Assembly (NCBI GenBank): GCA_000182565.2
Contig: KQ257456.1
From: Spizellomyces punctatus DAOM BR117
Lineage: Eukaryota
DNA: 64,000 nucleotides
Direction: 5' to 3' (one strand)
Shown here: in pieces, positions 37,401-49,252 of the stretch
How the letters are laid out: every line of letters starts with the position of its first letter
Numbering within the stretch: position 1 is the stretch's first letter
Position numbers and translations under genes: made by a program
Notes under the pieces: generated by a model
The model's database searches: none
Told to the model about the DNA's origin: nothing
What the model saw: the letters and a program-made list of their open reading frames with translations, nothing else

Positions 37401-39016
37401 GAATCGGAGACAATATTGGAGACCGGGGCACATTAGAAGACGTAGAACTCGAGCCTTGGAGTGATAACGATGACATGTCACTCAGCTATGTGGAGACAGG
37501 TGATTCAGCTGCTTCCTCTGAACAAAGTGACAACGATGAATTTGATGAATCGAGCACCGAGTCAGACAGTGATGGCGACGCAGAGGGAACTCCCGAAAGG
37601 CATCCAGCACTGCAAAGCGAGACAGAGCTTACTCCCGGCAAAAGCAGTGCACTACAGTCTGTGAAACGGTCAGCCGCCGTTAGAGTGCATGATATTAAGA
37701 ACGACTCCGGGAACCTTCCTTCAGAACTACCTGGTAAACGGAGGAGTTTGCGTGGCCGTGGTCATCGGGACGGAGTTGATACCGAAAACCATTTTCCCAG
37801 TAGTCGAAGCGGAGCAGTCCTGGGAGAAGATTCTGAGGGTGAGGGAAGCGACGATGAAATGTTGCCAACGCGTCGATCCCCACGGTTCATCTCCTCAACA
37901 GCCAAGAGAAGTCCCGGAAGGAAGACCCAACTCCCACGATCGCTTGTAACCCCTGATCGCCAGGCGCTCTCGCATGCAGAGCAGCAATTATCCCGCAGTG
38001 CTGCGCGACAGTCAGGGTCCCGTCAACGTCCCCGAGGTTACCTGAGCACGGATGTATCTCCATCGTTGCAACGAGGAATTAAGAAGTCTGACATCTTAGG
38101 TGATGCAACCCCATCGACAGAATCGCCTATGTCTAGAGATGATACCATCATGGGAAAAGAACCTCTCTCGAAACAGCGGGCTGCAAGAGCGCTGCGTAGA
38201 TCAATAGTAGCCCAAGCACGTCAGGAAACAGTCGCTGAAGACCGTAGTGAGTCGTTGTCAGGATGTGAGACATCCCCGGAAGGAAACGTAGATTCAAATG
38301 CTGGTCTTCTGAATTCGTCGGGGACGAAGGCTGATGGATTTTTATCGACACTTCGGAGCTCTCGTCGCCCTGGGATACGGAATCATCGCCGGAGCGATTT
38401 GAGCGCTGGCGGTGACGGAGAGTCGACGACAAAGAGCACTGATTCCGTAGTATCATCACACACATGGAGTGCCGGTTCCGACGGTGTCGACAGGCAGCTT
38501 CAAGCAGGCACGCGGAAATCAGTACGTCGTTCTCTCAAGTCTGAAGCCATAAAAGCTGGCACCCTGCCGGTCCAGGATGATCATAGATGTCTTGAAATTA
38601 ATAACACGACACAGAAAGAGGGCGATCCAACCCCTTCAAGTCCTGTGGCAACGCAGGAAGTGGACGCAGTTGCGGCATTGCTGTCATTGTCCGCGTCAGC
38701 CATGGACATGGATGATGATCAAACTACCATAATACCAGAAGTAGCACAGGTTGCAAAGGTCCAAGATATAGGACAAGAATCGCGTGCTCCGCTCATGCGA
38801 GGAGAGCATGCATCGCTTACTGGGAAACCACTGGTGCCGCAAAGCAAAAAGGAGACCATCAGGACCTACAAAGGAAAGGCTGGTAAACAGCGACTCAGCA
38901 TGGATATAGTCTCGGTCGATGAGAGCCATGGCCATTTGGTGAACAAGGAGAACAAATTGGATGGAGCGGAACATAATACGGGACGGCGACAGTCGCTAAG
39001 GCGACTCTGTAAATAG
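34484..39016 (+). CDS. ASH1/ASH1L-type histone H3K36 methyltransferase (AWS-SET-postSET) with a long disordered C-terminus; ~9 introns
   Basis: RYLKAGLYS and DFELPYDI (ASH1L-like pre-AWS region); CRDNCLNR..IECSPKHCP..CSNQRFQ; IEYRGE; ARFVNHSCEPNC; ELTYDYRF; CLCGAKSCRG. Confidence 0.88.
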
Positions 39017-39526
39017 GAATGCAAATTGGAGGCACTAAATGGACATAATGTAATATTCATAAAACATTGACGACTCCCACACACGTCCAGCTGATAATGA
39101 TTAGAGTTTCAGCACGTAGGCTGTAAACTAGGATGAATTCTGGCTCTATGCTGTTCCTGTTCAAATCGCACGCCATCCATATGCTCCGCGAAAGAAGCCA
39201 GTGATCTTGGCTTACCAAAGCCTTCGGTCGGAGCGTGAGTCATGAATTGCACGTGACATTACGCAAACAAAACTCAAATTCCACATGGGTTTGTGTAACA
39301 GTTGCATGTCACGCGCTCCCATTGGAAAAGCGCCGGCCGAAATAATCGACCTTTTGTTGGGTCAGGTGTGCCCAATCCTCGCCATCTTGCGACAGCACGC
39401 TTCGACGGGGTGATGCAGATACAACGATAGATATAAAGGACCTTCTCCTTTTCGCCTCCCTTGACTTTGTTCCCACATTGTCATCGCTTTTTCATTGCAC
39501 TCCTGTTTCGGTATTTTTGGTTGTCC

Positions 39527-41100
39527 ATGCCTCCATCGCCTTCCTGGGTCGCCCCCCGCTTGGCGGCCTATGCCAAGAGAACACCACGGCCTGTAAGATT
39601 TGAGGAAATGCTAAAGTTTGGTGGGTACTTGCTTGCTGTGTGGGTTTTATAGAGTTGCTGTTAAAGTGTTTATATCTGTCCAGGCGAGCGTCCTTCACAG
39701 TCAACTCTTTTGCAAGCCGCAAAGTTCCTGGCTGATGAAATATCTGTCCGATTAGCTCACCGATATGCGGAACTGGAAACGCTGCCGTATGGCCTTAAGG
39801 AAATGCATGCTGTTCATCAAGTGAAAAGCTGGTATGCGGAGAGCTTCAAGGACCTGGTCGAATTTTACAACGTGATCGACGCCCATCGTCGTAATCCCAG
39901 TCTGGGATGCAAGTTTGAAAGTGAACATGGAATGCAGGGCATGGGATCGTGGTTCAGTAAGCTGATCGGTGGAGCACGTGGTCGGAAAGATGAGTTCGAT
40001 GTGTTACCACCTGGCTTAGCAAGCACTGCAGCTCTGGATATGACACGCCCCTCTGTCATGCCAGCAGTCAACCAAGTGTCTGCGGAAGCCGATAGCCTGT
40101 ATGTTGTGCTCACTCTCATATTTTTCTGGCTCTGCAACTGACATTGTCTCTTGACTTAGTGCATACTTTGGACAATGCCAATCTCCGCACCTTGTCAATG
40201 CCGCACCTGCCTATAACAAACAATTCAACACCATTCTGAAGAGAATCGTAGACCGCCATAATCCGGTCGTTGTCATTGTCGGCAAAGGTGTTCGGCAGCT
40301 CACTCAGTCGCACCCGTACCTTCCCGAGCATCACCCTGAAGTTCAATCATTTCTCAACCGCTTTCATCGTAACCGAGTTGGTGTACGAATTCTCATTGGA
40401 CATCATCTCGCACTACAGCGGCAGCATAGATTTCCACACCACATTGGAATTGTTTGCACCCGTACAAGCGTGGTGGATGTGGCGTCGGAGGCGTCAGTTG
40501 ATGCAGCGGAAGTGTGTGAGCAATCTTACGGGGTGTCACCACCTGTTGAGATTCAAATACCGGAAGGAGGCGTGCCAGATTTTGTTTATGTTCCCTCTCA
40601 TATGCACCATATCATTTTCGAAATATGCAAGAATGCCATGCGGGCGGTGGTTGAGAAAGAGGAGACCCGTGTGGGACGGGGAGAGGCAAAACGACAAGAT
40701 CTGCCGCCTGTGGTGATCAATGTCCAAGTGAGGGGTGACGATATCGTTATAAGGGTATCAGACAAGGGCGTCGGCATTCCAGTGCGAGAAGTCGACAGGG
40801 CCTTCCAGTATGCGTACACCACGGCGAAGCAAGCACCTATAGATCCGGACTTTCATGGGTCGGAGGTTGATGGAGCTCCTATGGCCGGATTCGGATACGG
40901 TTTACCGTTGAGTCAGTTGGTAAGCGTTATATTAAAGTGTTGATCAGTTCATCTGTCCGATTTGTTAATGTTCTCTCTTTATGTAGTATGCGCGATATTT
41001 CAAGGGGGACCTTACTCTGCAGTCTCGTGAAGGCCTTGGGACGGACGTCTTTTTTACTGTGAAGAGGGATTGGGTCGGCGACGAACCAGTATTGATGTAA
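39527..41100 (+). CDS. Pyruvate dehydrogenase kinase / BCKD kinase family protein; 3 introns
   Basis: FLADEISVRLAHR, WYAESF, FLNRFHRNRVGVRILIGHH, FEICKNAMRA, VSDKGVGIP, MAGFGYGLPLS, YARYFKGDL. Confidence 0.9.
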
Positions 41101-41658
41101 CACTCTTCTTGCGGGTGGTCCGTTTTGTGGGCTTCCAGTGGATTGTACAAACTGTTTGGAAGGATAGATGAGCTCGGTCGCGTACGTCGCGTCGCGACCG
41201 CAGCAATTGTGTAGATAGACTTTTTTTAGACTTCTTTATTTCAGTCCAATTTGGCCTATACCATTATCCCAGTTGCCTTCTGCCCCATCTTACTGTATCT
41301 GTGAGTCTCAAGCATCTTTGATATTCCTACCAGATATCGTGAGTGATGTGGTCAGCGTCCAAAGCACCCTGCTGGAATCAACCTCATCGAATCGGTTGTA
41401 GTGCATCATATGTCCATATGTGGAGACAGTAGCGGAGGCTCAGCAGGGGTCCAACTCTTGGTGGCGTGCACAAATATGACTGTTTATGGCATAATAGTTA
41501 CTATTTATAGTCAATTGTCGTGCAAAATTATTCCATCAGCAATCAGCCGCGATCTCAGCCTGGGAATTTAAAAGACGAGCTGTGCGACTCTGGGTAACCT
41601 TCTCCCCAGTCCTCACGTCAGCAATCGTGTTAGACACCACCGTCGTCGTGGAGCAGGG

Positions 41659-43611
41659 ATGGCATCTGCTGCTGCATCCTATCCGTCGTCCACGGGCAAT
41701 GCTGCTTACAGCAATCGAACTTCCCAGAACGGTCCTACGTCAAACTCTACCTCATCCCCAACGTCTACGTCTTCTCAACACGCCCCTACTGGATCAGCTG
41801 CCGCAAAGCCCTACTCTTCCTACGTGTATGCGAATCGGTCAGCCCCACCGCCCTCCACCTTTTCTCCTTACGTACCTATCTATTCGCCTACTTCCCTTGC
41901 GTTCTCACCTGGAGTCGGTCCTACTTCCAGTGTCCAGCAGGGAACCAATGGGCTGCCGCCGCCTGCCACTGGCAATGCCGACGACGAAGAAAGACATCGG
42001 GATGTTAGCCAAAGGTAGAGTTGTCTCGTTTATATGGGCTGTGCCTTCTTGTCAATTTCTGACACGTGTATGGCAGCCCGTTTCCGGATTCGGCCTCTAA
42101 TGAAGTAGATTCTCCGATCCTCCGTCGGCAACGCTGGATGGATTCTGCCCCTTCTTGGCGGCCAACCACGCAATCTTGCGCAGTCCTTAGTATGGATAGA
42201 AATAAATCGTACGTGTAGTATGCTACATCTTTGAGTCGTTGCCAAAGGTATTCATGCCTGCACCAGGTACTCCATTCGACTCAACCCGCGCATAGAAAGA
42301 GGCTTCTTCTTGGCGGATAATGACTGGACCTGTTACCGTCGGAATTACTTTCAGGTCAGCATCAGCTTCTCGGCAATGGATACAGTGGGACATCGCGTGG
42401 AAATGCCCTGCTTGGTAGCGCTAGACGGTCAGCTGCATACCGTCACCGCGTTCCATGTTGGCATTGGTGCCCGTACCTCAAATGGTCAGCGGGAAGTCGA
42501 ACTTGTCCAGCACACGGCAAAACGGGATAAAGGTCCGCAGATGCTACCCGAGCCGAAGCTCTGTCAACCTCAAGATCCTATGACCACAGCTACGCGAGGA
42601 GTGGACTCGTTCCATAGCGTGACCTACGAGCGACTTCAGTTCAAGGCTGCTACAGCTAACAATGGCAAGCGACGTGCCGCACAACAGTATCATGTCCTTG
42701 TGGCAGAGTTGTATGCTGAGCTTTCAGATAAGTCCCGCATCAAAATAGCAATCACCGAATCCGCTCCCTTGGTCGTCCGGGGCCGGGCACCTGGACACTA
42801 TGCCGCGATGCACAATAAAACTGGCGCAGGTGGGCATGCTGGGAGAATGCCATCACCGACAGTAGATGGATATCCTACGGACCAGAAGGATCATGGTGCC
42901 CCTAACGTGCGGCCGCCGGGATTCCTTTCGACAGGAGGTAGCCCTTCGGAGACAGTTGCCATCCGCCCGAGTGCTGTTCTTCCACCTCCATCGGTTCTTG
43001 CAGGTTTCTCTCAACAACAGCAAATGTATGCGCATGCATACCCGAGCGCCCAGGAGATCAACTACTACCAGCAGTACCAGCAATATCATCAAGCTCAACG
43101 ACAGAATCAGCAGCAACCGGAGCATCAGCATCAACAGCGAGCGCAAGATGCGAACAAAACCCATCCACACAATCCTCCGATACATCTTTCCCCGTCAACA
43201 ACATCACCGGCGCAACCTCAGATTTCAGCAAACAACTACGTTCCACAACATCACCAATCGAATGGAAGTTATTCACATGTGACCATGCCAACATCGTACC
43301 CCTCTACGTATTTCCCAGCGACAACTTCCCCGAACACGTACCACCAGCATTCGACTTCCCACCCTCTACAGTCAGCGCCACGTCCGCCCATATTAGGATC
43401 CACATCGAGCACAGGTGGCGTATCGCTGGGGACAATGGCTGCATCCCATCAAGCAGTCTCTTCAGGCAGTGTTCAACCGATTCCAGTTTCACCGCCTGTA
43501 TCTCCACCCAAAAATGCGCCCATCGCGTCAAGTACGTTAAAGAATGGTACTGGCCTGCACGAAGTAGATCGCGACAGGCAGGATGGGGCGAGACAGCATG
43601 AGGGTCGATGA
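41659..43611 (+). CDS. NDT80/PhoG-family transcription factor with Q/P-rich C-terminus; 2 introns
   Basis: ERGFF..DWTCYRRNYFQV, LVQHTAKRDKGP, ERLQFKAATANNGKRRAAQQY, VVRGRAPGHY. Confidence 0.93.
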
Positions 43612-44136
43612 GAAGCATGTCGCAGAGCTGGCATTTCAAACAATATCTGTATGTATGATCTTTTACCTCTGGAGAATCTTTATGAGAATGTAAATGTTTT
43701 TGTGACTATTTGGTTAACCGCTGGGATCCGGACTGTATTCTAAAGTTCCTGCGCCGGCGTTTCAGAATATAATATTACGTCCTCTGAGGGGATGGTCAGG
43801 TCTGTTATGTATCGCTCAGGGATAAACGCAGGCTACTCAAGTATAGTCAATGTGCCTGTTCGAATGGGGTTGTAGATGCTCCCTTGAATAGTTCCATGCG
43901 GAATTGGTTCCCTGCACCAACGTTTCGAAATTGGTTTCCCATCCCGGGGGGACCTGTATATCTCCCTCAGCGGTAAAACGCAGAGTGCTAACAGAAAGTT
44001 TTGTAAATTTCGTTGTGCCTGAAAGAAGTAGGGTTCGCAACCGTGTTGGAATGACAAATTAGCTGCATTTCTAATTACAAAGCACGTAGTTAAAGCGGGA
44101 CAGGCTGGGGACAGGTCTCGCCTGTGTTAATGACTC

Positions 44137-46006
44137 ATGCAAGCGATAAGGAGAGTTCTTTCCTCTCCAGCCCAGCAGCGTCCCCTGCATCATTTTCAGA
44201 TTCTGCGAGCTTCTACTTTCATCCACACGAACGCCTGCCCATCGAGCATGAAAGCCATCCAAGTTCGAAACACAGGGGACTCCTCGGTCCTCCAGTATGT
44301 CGACGTAGACAAGCCAGCGGTATCGGCAGGTAGGCGTTGAGTGGACAAAAACTCTTCTCCCGAAGCATTAAGCTAAATATTAGACTGACATACTGCTGGC
44401 GAAATACAGGCCGCCTATTAATCAAGAATTCCTTTGTCGGTGTCAATTTCATTGATACGTAATGTGTTTCAACTTTGCGGACTTTGCTTGCGTGCCCACA
44501 AGAGTTTCTTAAAACGGGTCAAAACCGTAGTTATCATCGCAGTGGTCTTTATAAGGTTGAGCTTCCTTTCATCTTGGGCCGGTAAGCATCCCTGGGATTT
44601 AAATCATCCTGATACGAACCAAATAAACATTTTTATCGCCTCAACAAAGTGAAGCGTCTGGGATCGTGGAAGCCGTTGGTGAAGGGGTATGTTCAAAACT
44701 TGTGGGGTTAGAGGACCCCAAGTTTAATCACCCAACTCTAGGTCAGCGGTTTCGCGCAGGGTGATAGAGTCGCATATTTGTCTGCATCTACCTACGCCCA
44801 ATATACTGCGACTCCTCCCAGTAAGTGCCCTGGGTACTGAAACTACAAGATCACATCAGGAGTTGGCAGAGCATCGATGCTTAGCACTTTCCTTTTTGCA
44901 GCAAACGTAGTTCGACTTCCTCCTGAAGTGACGCTGGAGCAAGGGGCTGCCTTGCTGCTCCAAGGTGAGGATTCTTATTCGTGTACACTCAGGCTGCTTC
45001 TAACAACGTCTTTACAGGATTGACGGCACTGATGTTGGCACAGCAAGCGTATGAAGTCAAACCGGGCGATGATGTACTTGTGCATGTAATTGAAAAGCCG
45101 TTTTGCTTGTTCATTTGAATCCTTGACACTGTCCTGATCAAAGTGACTACGTCAGGCGGCGGCTGGTGGTACCGGCCAGATGTTGGTCCAAGTATGCAAG
45201 CACCTAGGTGCTCGTGTGATTGGAACCACCTCTTCTGAAGAGAAGGCTGATACGGCTCGTAGGGCTGGTGGGTGCCTTGCACTCCGCTGTTTGCCGATTA
45301 TTGCCTTTCCATCTCATCGTTGTACTATCTTCAGGAGCCGATGATATCATCCTGTACACGAAGCATGACGTCGTCCAGGAGGTACGCAAGCTTACCAACG
45401 GCCAAGGTAAGCCAATTGTGGCAAGATGCGCATGGCACGTCTGTAACCTCAAGTCTCTCTCAGGTGTGGCGGCAGTGTTTGACGGCGTAGGGAGATCAAC
45501 ATTCGACGAGTCCCTTGCATGTCTGAAGCGATTGGGGTTCATGCTGTCGTTCGGGAATGCATCTGGAAAGGTCAGTTGTGTGAATCCTCCCGTGATGATA
45601 TGTCTCAGGACTAAGTTTGAACAGGTGGATTCTATCGATATCATGAAACTTGTGCCACGTGCGATTCGTCTAATGCGACCTAGTCTGTTTGAGTTCTTAA
45701 CGACAAAAGAGGAGTTTGATGTACTTGCGAAACAGCTGATGGACTTGATGGCAGCGGGAAAGGTGGTCCTCCTATTTTCTGGACTTCCAGACTGATGCGG
45801 CTTATTAAGATTTGTGTTGCCAGGTTAAGATTGATCCTCCCATGATATATCCCCTTGAAAACGCTGCAAAAGCACATGATGTCTTGGAAGGTACAAAGAA
45901 AATCCCTTGTATGAAGTTCCTCTTGTTATCTGGGAACACTTACTTGGCATGATTGATTCTTCTAGGCCGCAAAACCCAGGGCAAACTGCTCCTGCAAATC
46001 CCTTAA
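44137..46006 (+). CDS. Zeta-crystallin-like NADPH:quinone oxidoreductase (Zta1/QOR); 12 introns; alternative in-frame ATG at 44248
   Basis: Spliced by hand: [64 protein letters not shown]. Confidence 0.92.
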
Positions 46007-46399
46007 TGGGTTGGAGTAGGTGTAAAGTAAGTATGATATTGCTGGGAGGTAGATATTTCACATCAGGCTGCATAAGATTGGAAATCTTTTGCACATGTTT
46101 GGCCTATAATGGCAAGACTTAAATATATATAGTTTATATTCTTTCAAAATACAAAGGTACATGAAAGGGCAAGACTAAGTGACATCAGGAAAAAGTAAAT
46201 TATTGAATATGTCCAGCTTATTATTAGAATTATAGACAGCAATGCAGCAGATTTAAACAGTAAAAATGGGTGGGCATCAGTTACCAGGCAATGGATCTTA
46301 AGTATCCACCAAGTAGAAAATGAGATTGGTAAATCAAAACTAAAGGGTTCAGGTTTGGGGCTCCATAAGAGGAAAAGTTGCAAAATTTTAAACTAGGGT

Positions 46400-48440
46400 T
46401 TTAGCAATGAGGGGAAGAGATAGGTAGTACAGATTAGTTTGAAAATGAGGTGGAGCTTTTGGGGTATATATATTAATGCCTGGTCCAGAGATATCAATCA
46501 CAGGGTTCATATTGACCTAAGGATAGCAATAAGAAAGCTATTTTGAAGTGATAATATTGTTATATTGCAGTAAGTACACCTTCCCAAAATCAATTCAGTA
46601 TATTTGAGGTTGCTAATTCTATTAAGAGTAATAATATTATACTGTCCCAGTACTAGAAAGTATCTCCAGCAACTTAGACTGAGAGGGAGTAGTGAATAAG
46701 CAATACTATAGAAAAAGAAATGGAGATCATAGAATTTCTACCTGACTTTGACCTCTGCTTGATATGCTTATAATAGTAGTAGATGGTGGTAAGCAGCTTG
46801 TCAAGAGTTGTGGGTGCCAGTCTTTCCAACTAAATTATTTAATAAGTGTTATAATGAACCACAGACATTCAAGCTACATTTCCAACACCCACTCAGTCAA
46901 GTACTAGTATAAAAATATAGCCTATTATTTTATAATACTGAGGTGTTTGACTTTGGGTAATGCCTTGATAAGAATATTGACAGTCTGTTTGTACATCTTT
47001 TGTCTTCAACAGCTTTCCATGAAATGGTGCTAGAAAAGAATATGTTTGGTCCCTGTGTGGCCTAACTCACCAAGAAGTATTGTGAGAGGGATAGCTCCTT
47101 TTGGCCTGATGCAGTACTGTATCAGGTAATAGGAGGGTGATGTGGGTTGCTTTTTGCTTTGCCAGTTGACTGACCTGCTGCCTATTTTGATTAAGAACTC
47201 AGTGTTTGTATTGTCATTCAGGCTGCTACTCTGGTCTGGTAACCAGCAAAGCACCAATGTAAGAACCATCATTCTGATTATAAATCTGACCAGTGGAGCA
47301 GTTGCTTCTTGGTACCCAGCTGGGACTGTTTCAACTTCTTGTGTATCTCAAATCTCTGTTGTAAAGCTAAACTGCTAAAATTCCTGACTGACAATAGTGT
47401 GTGTGTGTGATAATGTACCTTCTACCACCCTGATTTGGAACTTTATGGACTTACACACATCATCATAAATCATCCTCAGGAGTTGTCTCTTGCCAATGGC
47501 ACATGCTTCACATGGTGATATTTCCACACCCTTTTAGCCTTCTAACTGCAAGCTAGCAGGTTCCTGCCAAAGGTTTTGATGTGGCTGGCATGCAAGTACA
47601 TCAATTTGAAATACCACAATGACAGTATAACTGCTTAATAGCCTGATACAGCATCCTTGCTGATTTTAATGGGCCCTCTGACCACATACAAGTTCATTTT
47701 CAAGTCTGGGGAACAAAGTACATGTCTTTGGGAGTACAGCATCTGCTGTGTATCAAGGGTGATTTAAAACATGCCATATCACCTGAAGTATTTTGTGGTG
47801 TGGCTGACCAGACAAACTTAATCTGGTAATACTGATGTGTATTTTATGATCCAATTTTTACCTGTAAGACATGTGCTGTGAGGTACCTAGTCTCAATGCA
47901 CTAGACTGTGCCTTCAAATCCTTTTGGATTGTCATCAACCATGAGCAAGAAAGAGGAATGGCTGCTGAATGTGCTTCTTGGCTTGTGTTGGCATTTGTTT
48001 GGTGACTCCCCTAAAAGTCACTGTGTTCTTTTTAAAGTAGGGCTTCTTGCTGCAGTAAAAGCACTTCTCAGCTATCTTCTTGGCTGTCCTGTCATTTGCA
48101 AATTTCTGACCACTATCTTTGCTGAAGAATACTTTGCCATGCTTCTTCAGCCATATTTCTTCAGCCATTTTTCCTCAGCCAGCAATGGTTACATTAGAAA
48201 CTGCAGAGGTAGAGATTTGTTTCTGGCTCCAAAAGAGACTGCCTATTGCCAATCACTCTAGAAAGGCTGTAGAAATTGGTGGTGCCTTGTCTTCTTTTCC
48301 ACTTACAAAATCCATCCCCTATCTTCAATACAGTGTGATTTCCTTTCCATGCAGCCTTTACTGCCACTTCCCTTCCTATGGTGAATATCACTGAGCTTCA
48401 ATCAGGCCTCTCTTCTAGCCAGAGCCATCTATGGGAAAGG
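46400..48440 (-). mobile_element. Old, internally deleted, heavily mutated Copia relic (gag, protease, integrase-Zn and RNase H fragments; PPT and start of 3' LTR at ~46896-46887)
   Basis: Minus-strand similarity to the intact element: KCFYCSKK knuckle, ...TCACAGCACATGTC protease region, CCATGTGAAGCATGTGCCATTGG, GSRSVNWQSKKQPT, and CTGAGTGGG|TGTTGG PPT/LTR junction. The left boundary is approximate. Confidence 0.75.
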
Positions 48441-48498
48441 CATGGGACCAGTCACCTACCATACATGGCCCCTGCAGAGACCAGATATGACACCAGAG

Positions 48499-48725
48499 TA
48501 TTGAAACTTAGTGCTTGGAACACTGATTTCCCATGTAGAAACCACTTCTGAAAGGCCTAGTAATGCCTGTGACTGCTAGTAAGACTTCTGGGTGCAGTAA
48601 CTTGTGGGATAACATGCTATTAATCCTGAGACATTCAAAAGTCCCCTCTATATAACCCAGTACATTCTCCAGCCTCCCTCCACCTTTGTTTACTGTTTAT
48701 ATGCTTCATCCCACTTGTTTACATG
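48499..48725 (-). repeat. Inverted 3'-half copy of the Copia LTR directly abutting the 5' LTR
   Basis: Reverse complement aligns to 49009-49238 (CATGTAAACAAGTGGG...TTTCAATA) with scattered substitutions. Confidence 0.92.
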
Positions 48726-49238
48726 TGTTGAGATTCAGGCTTAAACCACGCTGTATGATCTATAAATCATGTGAGATCATGCTGGGATGTCATTAGACAG
48801 TTCACATCTGATTTGGCTAAGTTACAACATGGGGAATTGGACTTAGAATAATCAGAATGATCACAGACGTGTGTGGGAATGATTTAAAGGGGTAAATCAT
48901 CATGTAAGCACTCTTAGAAGGTCTGGAAGATTTGTGATGATCTAGATCTTCAGGTAATGTTTGCCAAGGCATGGCTGAAGCTGCTGAGCATCGCTGAGCA
49001 TGGCTGAGCATGTAAACAAGTGGGCTGAAGCATGTAAACAGTAAACAAAGGCGGAGGGAGGCTGGAGAATGTACTGGGTTATATAAAGGGGACTTTTGAA
49101 CGTCTCTGAATTAATACAAGCGTGTTATCCCACAAGTTACTGCACCCAGAAGTCTTACTAGCGGCCACAGGCATTACTAGGCCTTTCAGAAGTGATTTCT
49201 ACATGGGAAATCAGTGTTCCAAGCAGTAAGTTTCAATA
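48726..49238 (+). repeat. 5' LTR (TGTTGA...TCAATA)
   Basis: ~94-95% identical by eye to 54612-55123; TATATAAA at ~49080; followed directly by the PBS. Confidence 0.93.
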
Positions 49239-49252
49239 GGTTATGAGCCCTG
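49239..49252 (+). promoter_or_regulatory. Primer-binding site complementary to the anticodon arm of initiator tRNA-Met
   Basis: GGTTATGAGCCCTG is the reverse complement of CAGGGCTCATAACC, the half-tRNA priming used by Ty5 and Drosophila copia. Confidence 0.88.

Noticed and set aside
39461..39620. PDK apparently lacking a mitochondrial presequence, or using a TTG start
   Set aside because: The N-terminus from ATG 39527 is itself Arg-rich and could target; the TSS is unknown, so there is no support for a non-AUG start.
43855..43875. GTTCGAAT T-loop-like sequence
   Set aside because: The flanks do not form a T-stem and no other tRNA arms are present.
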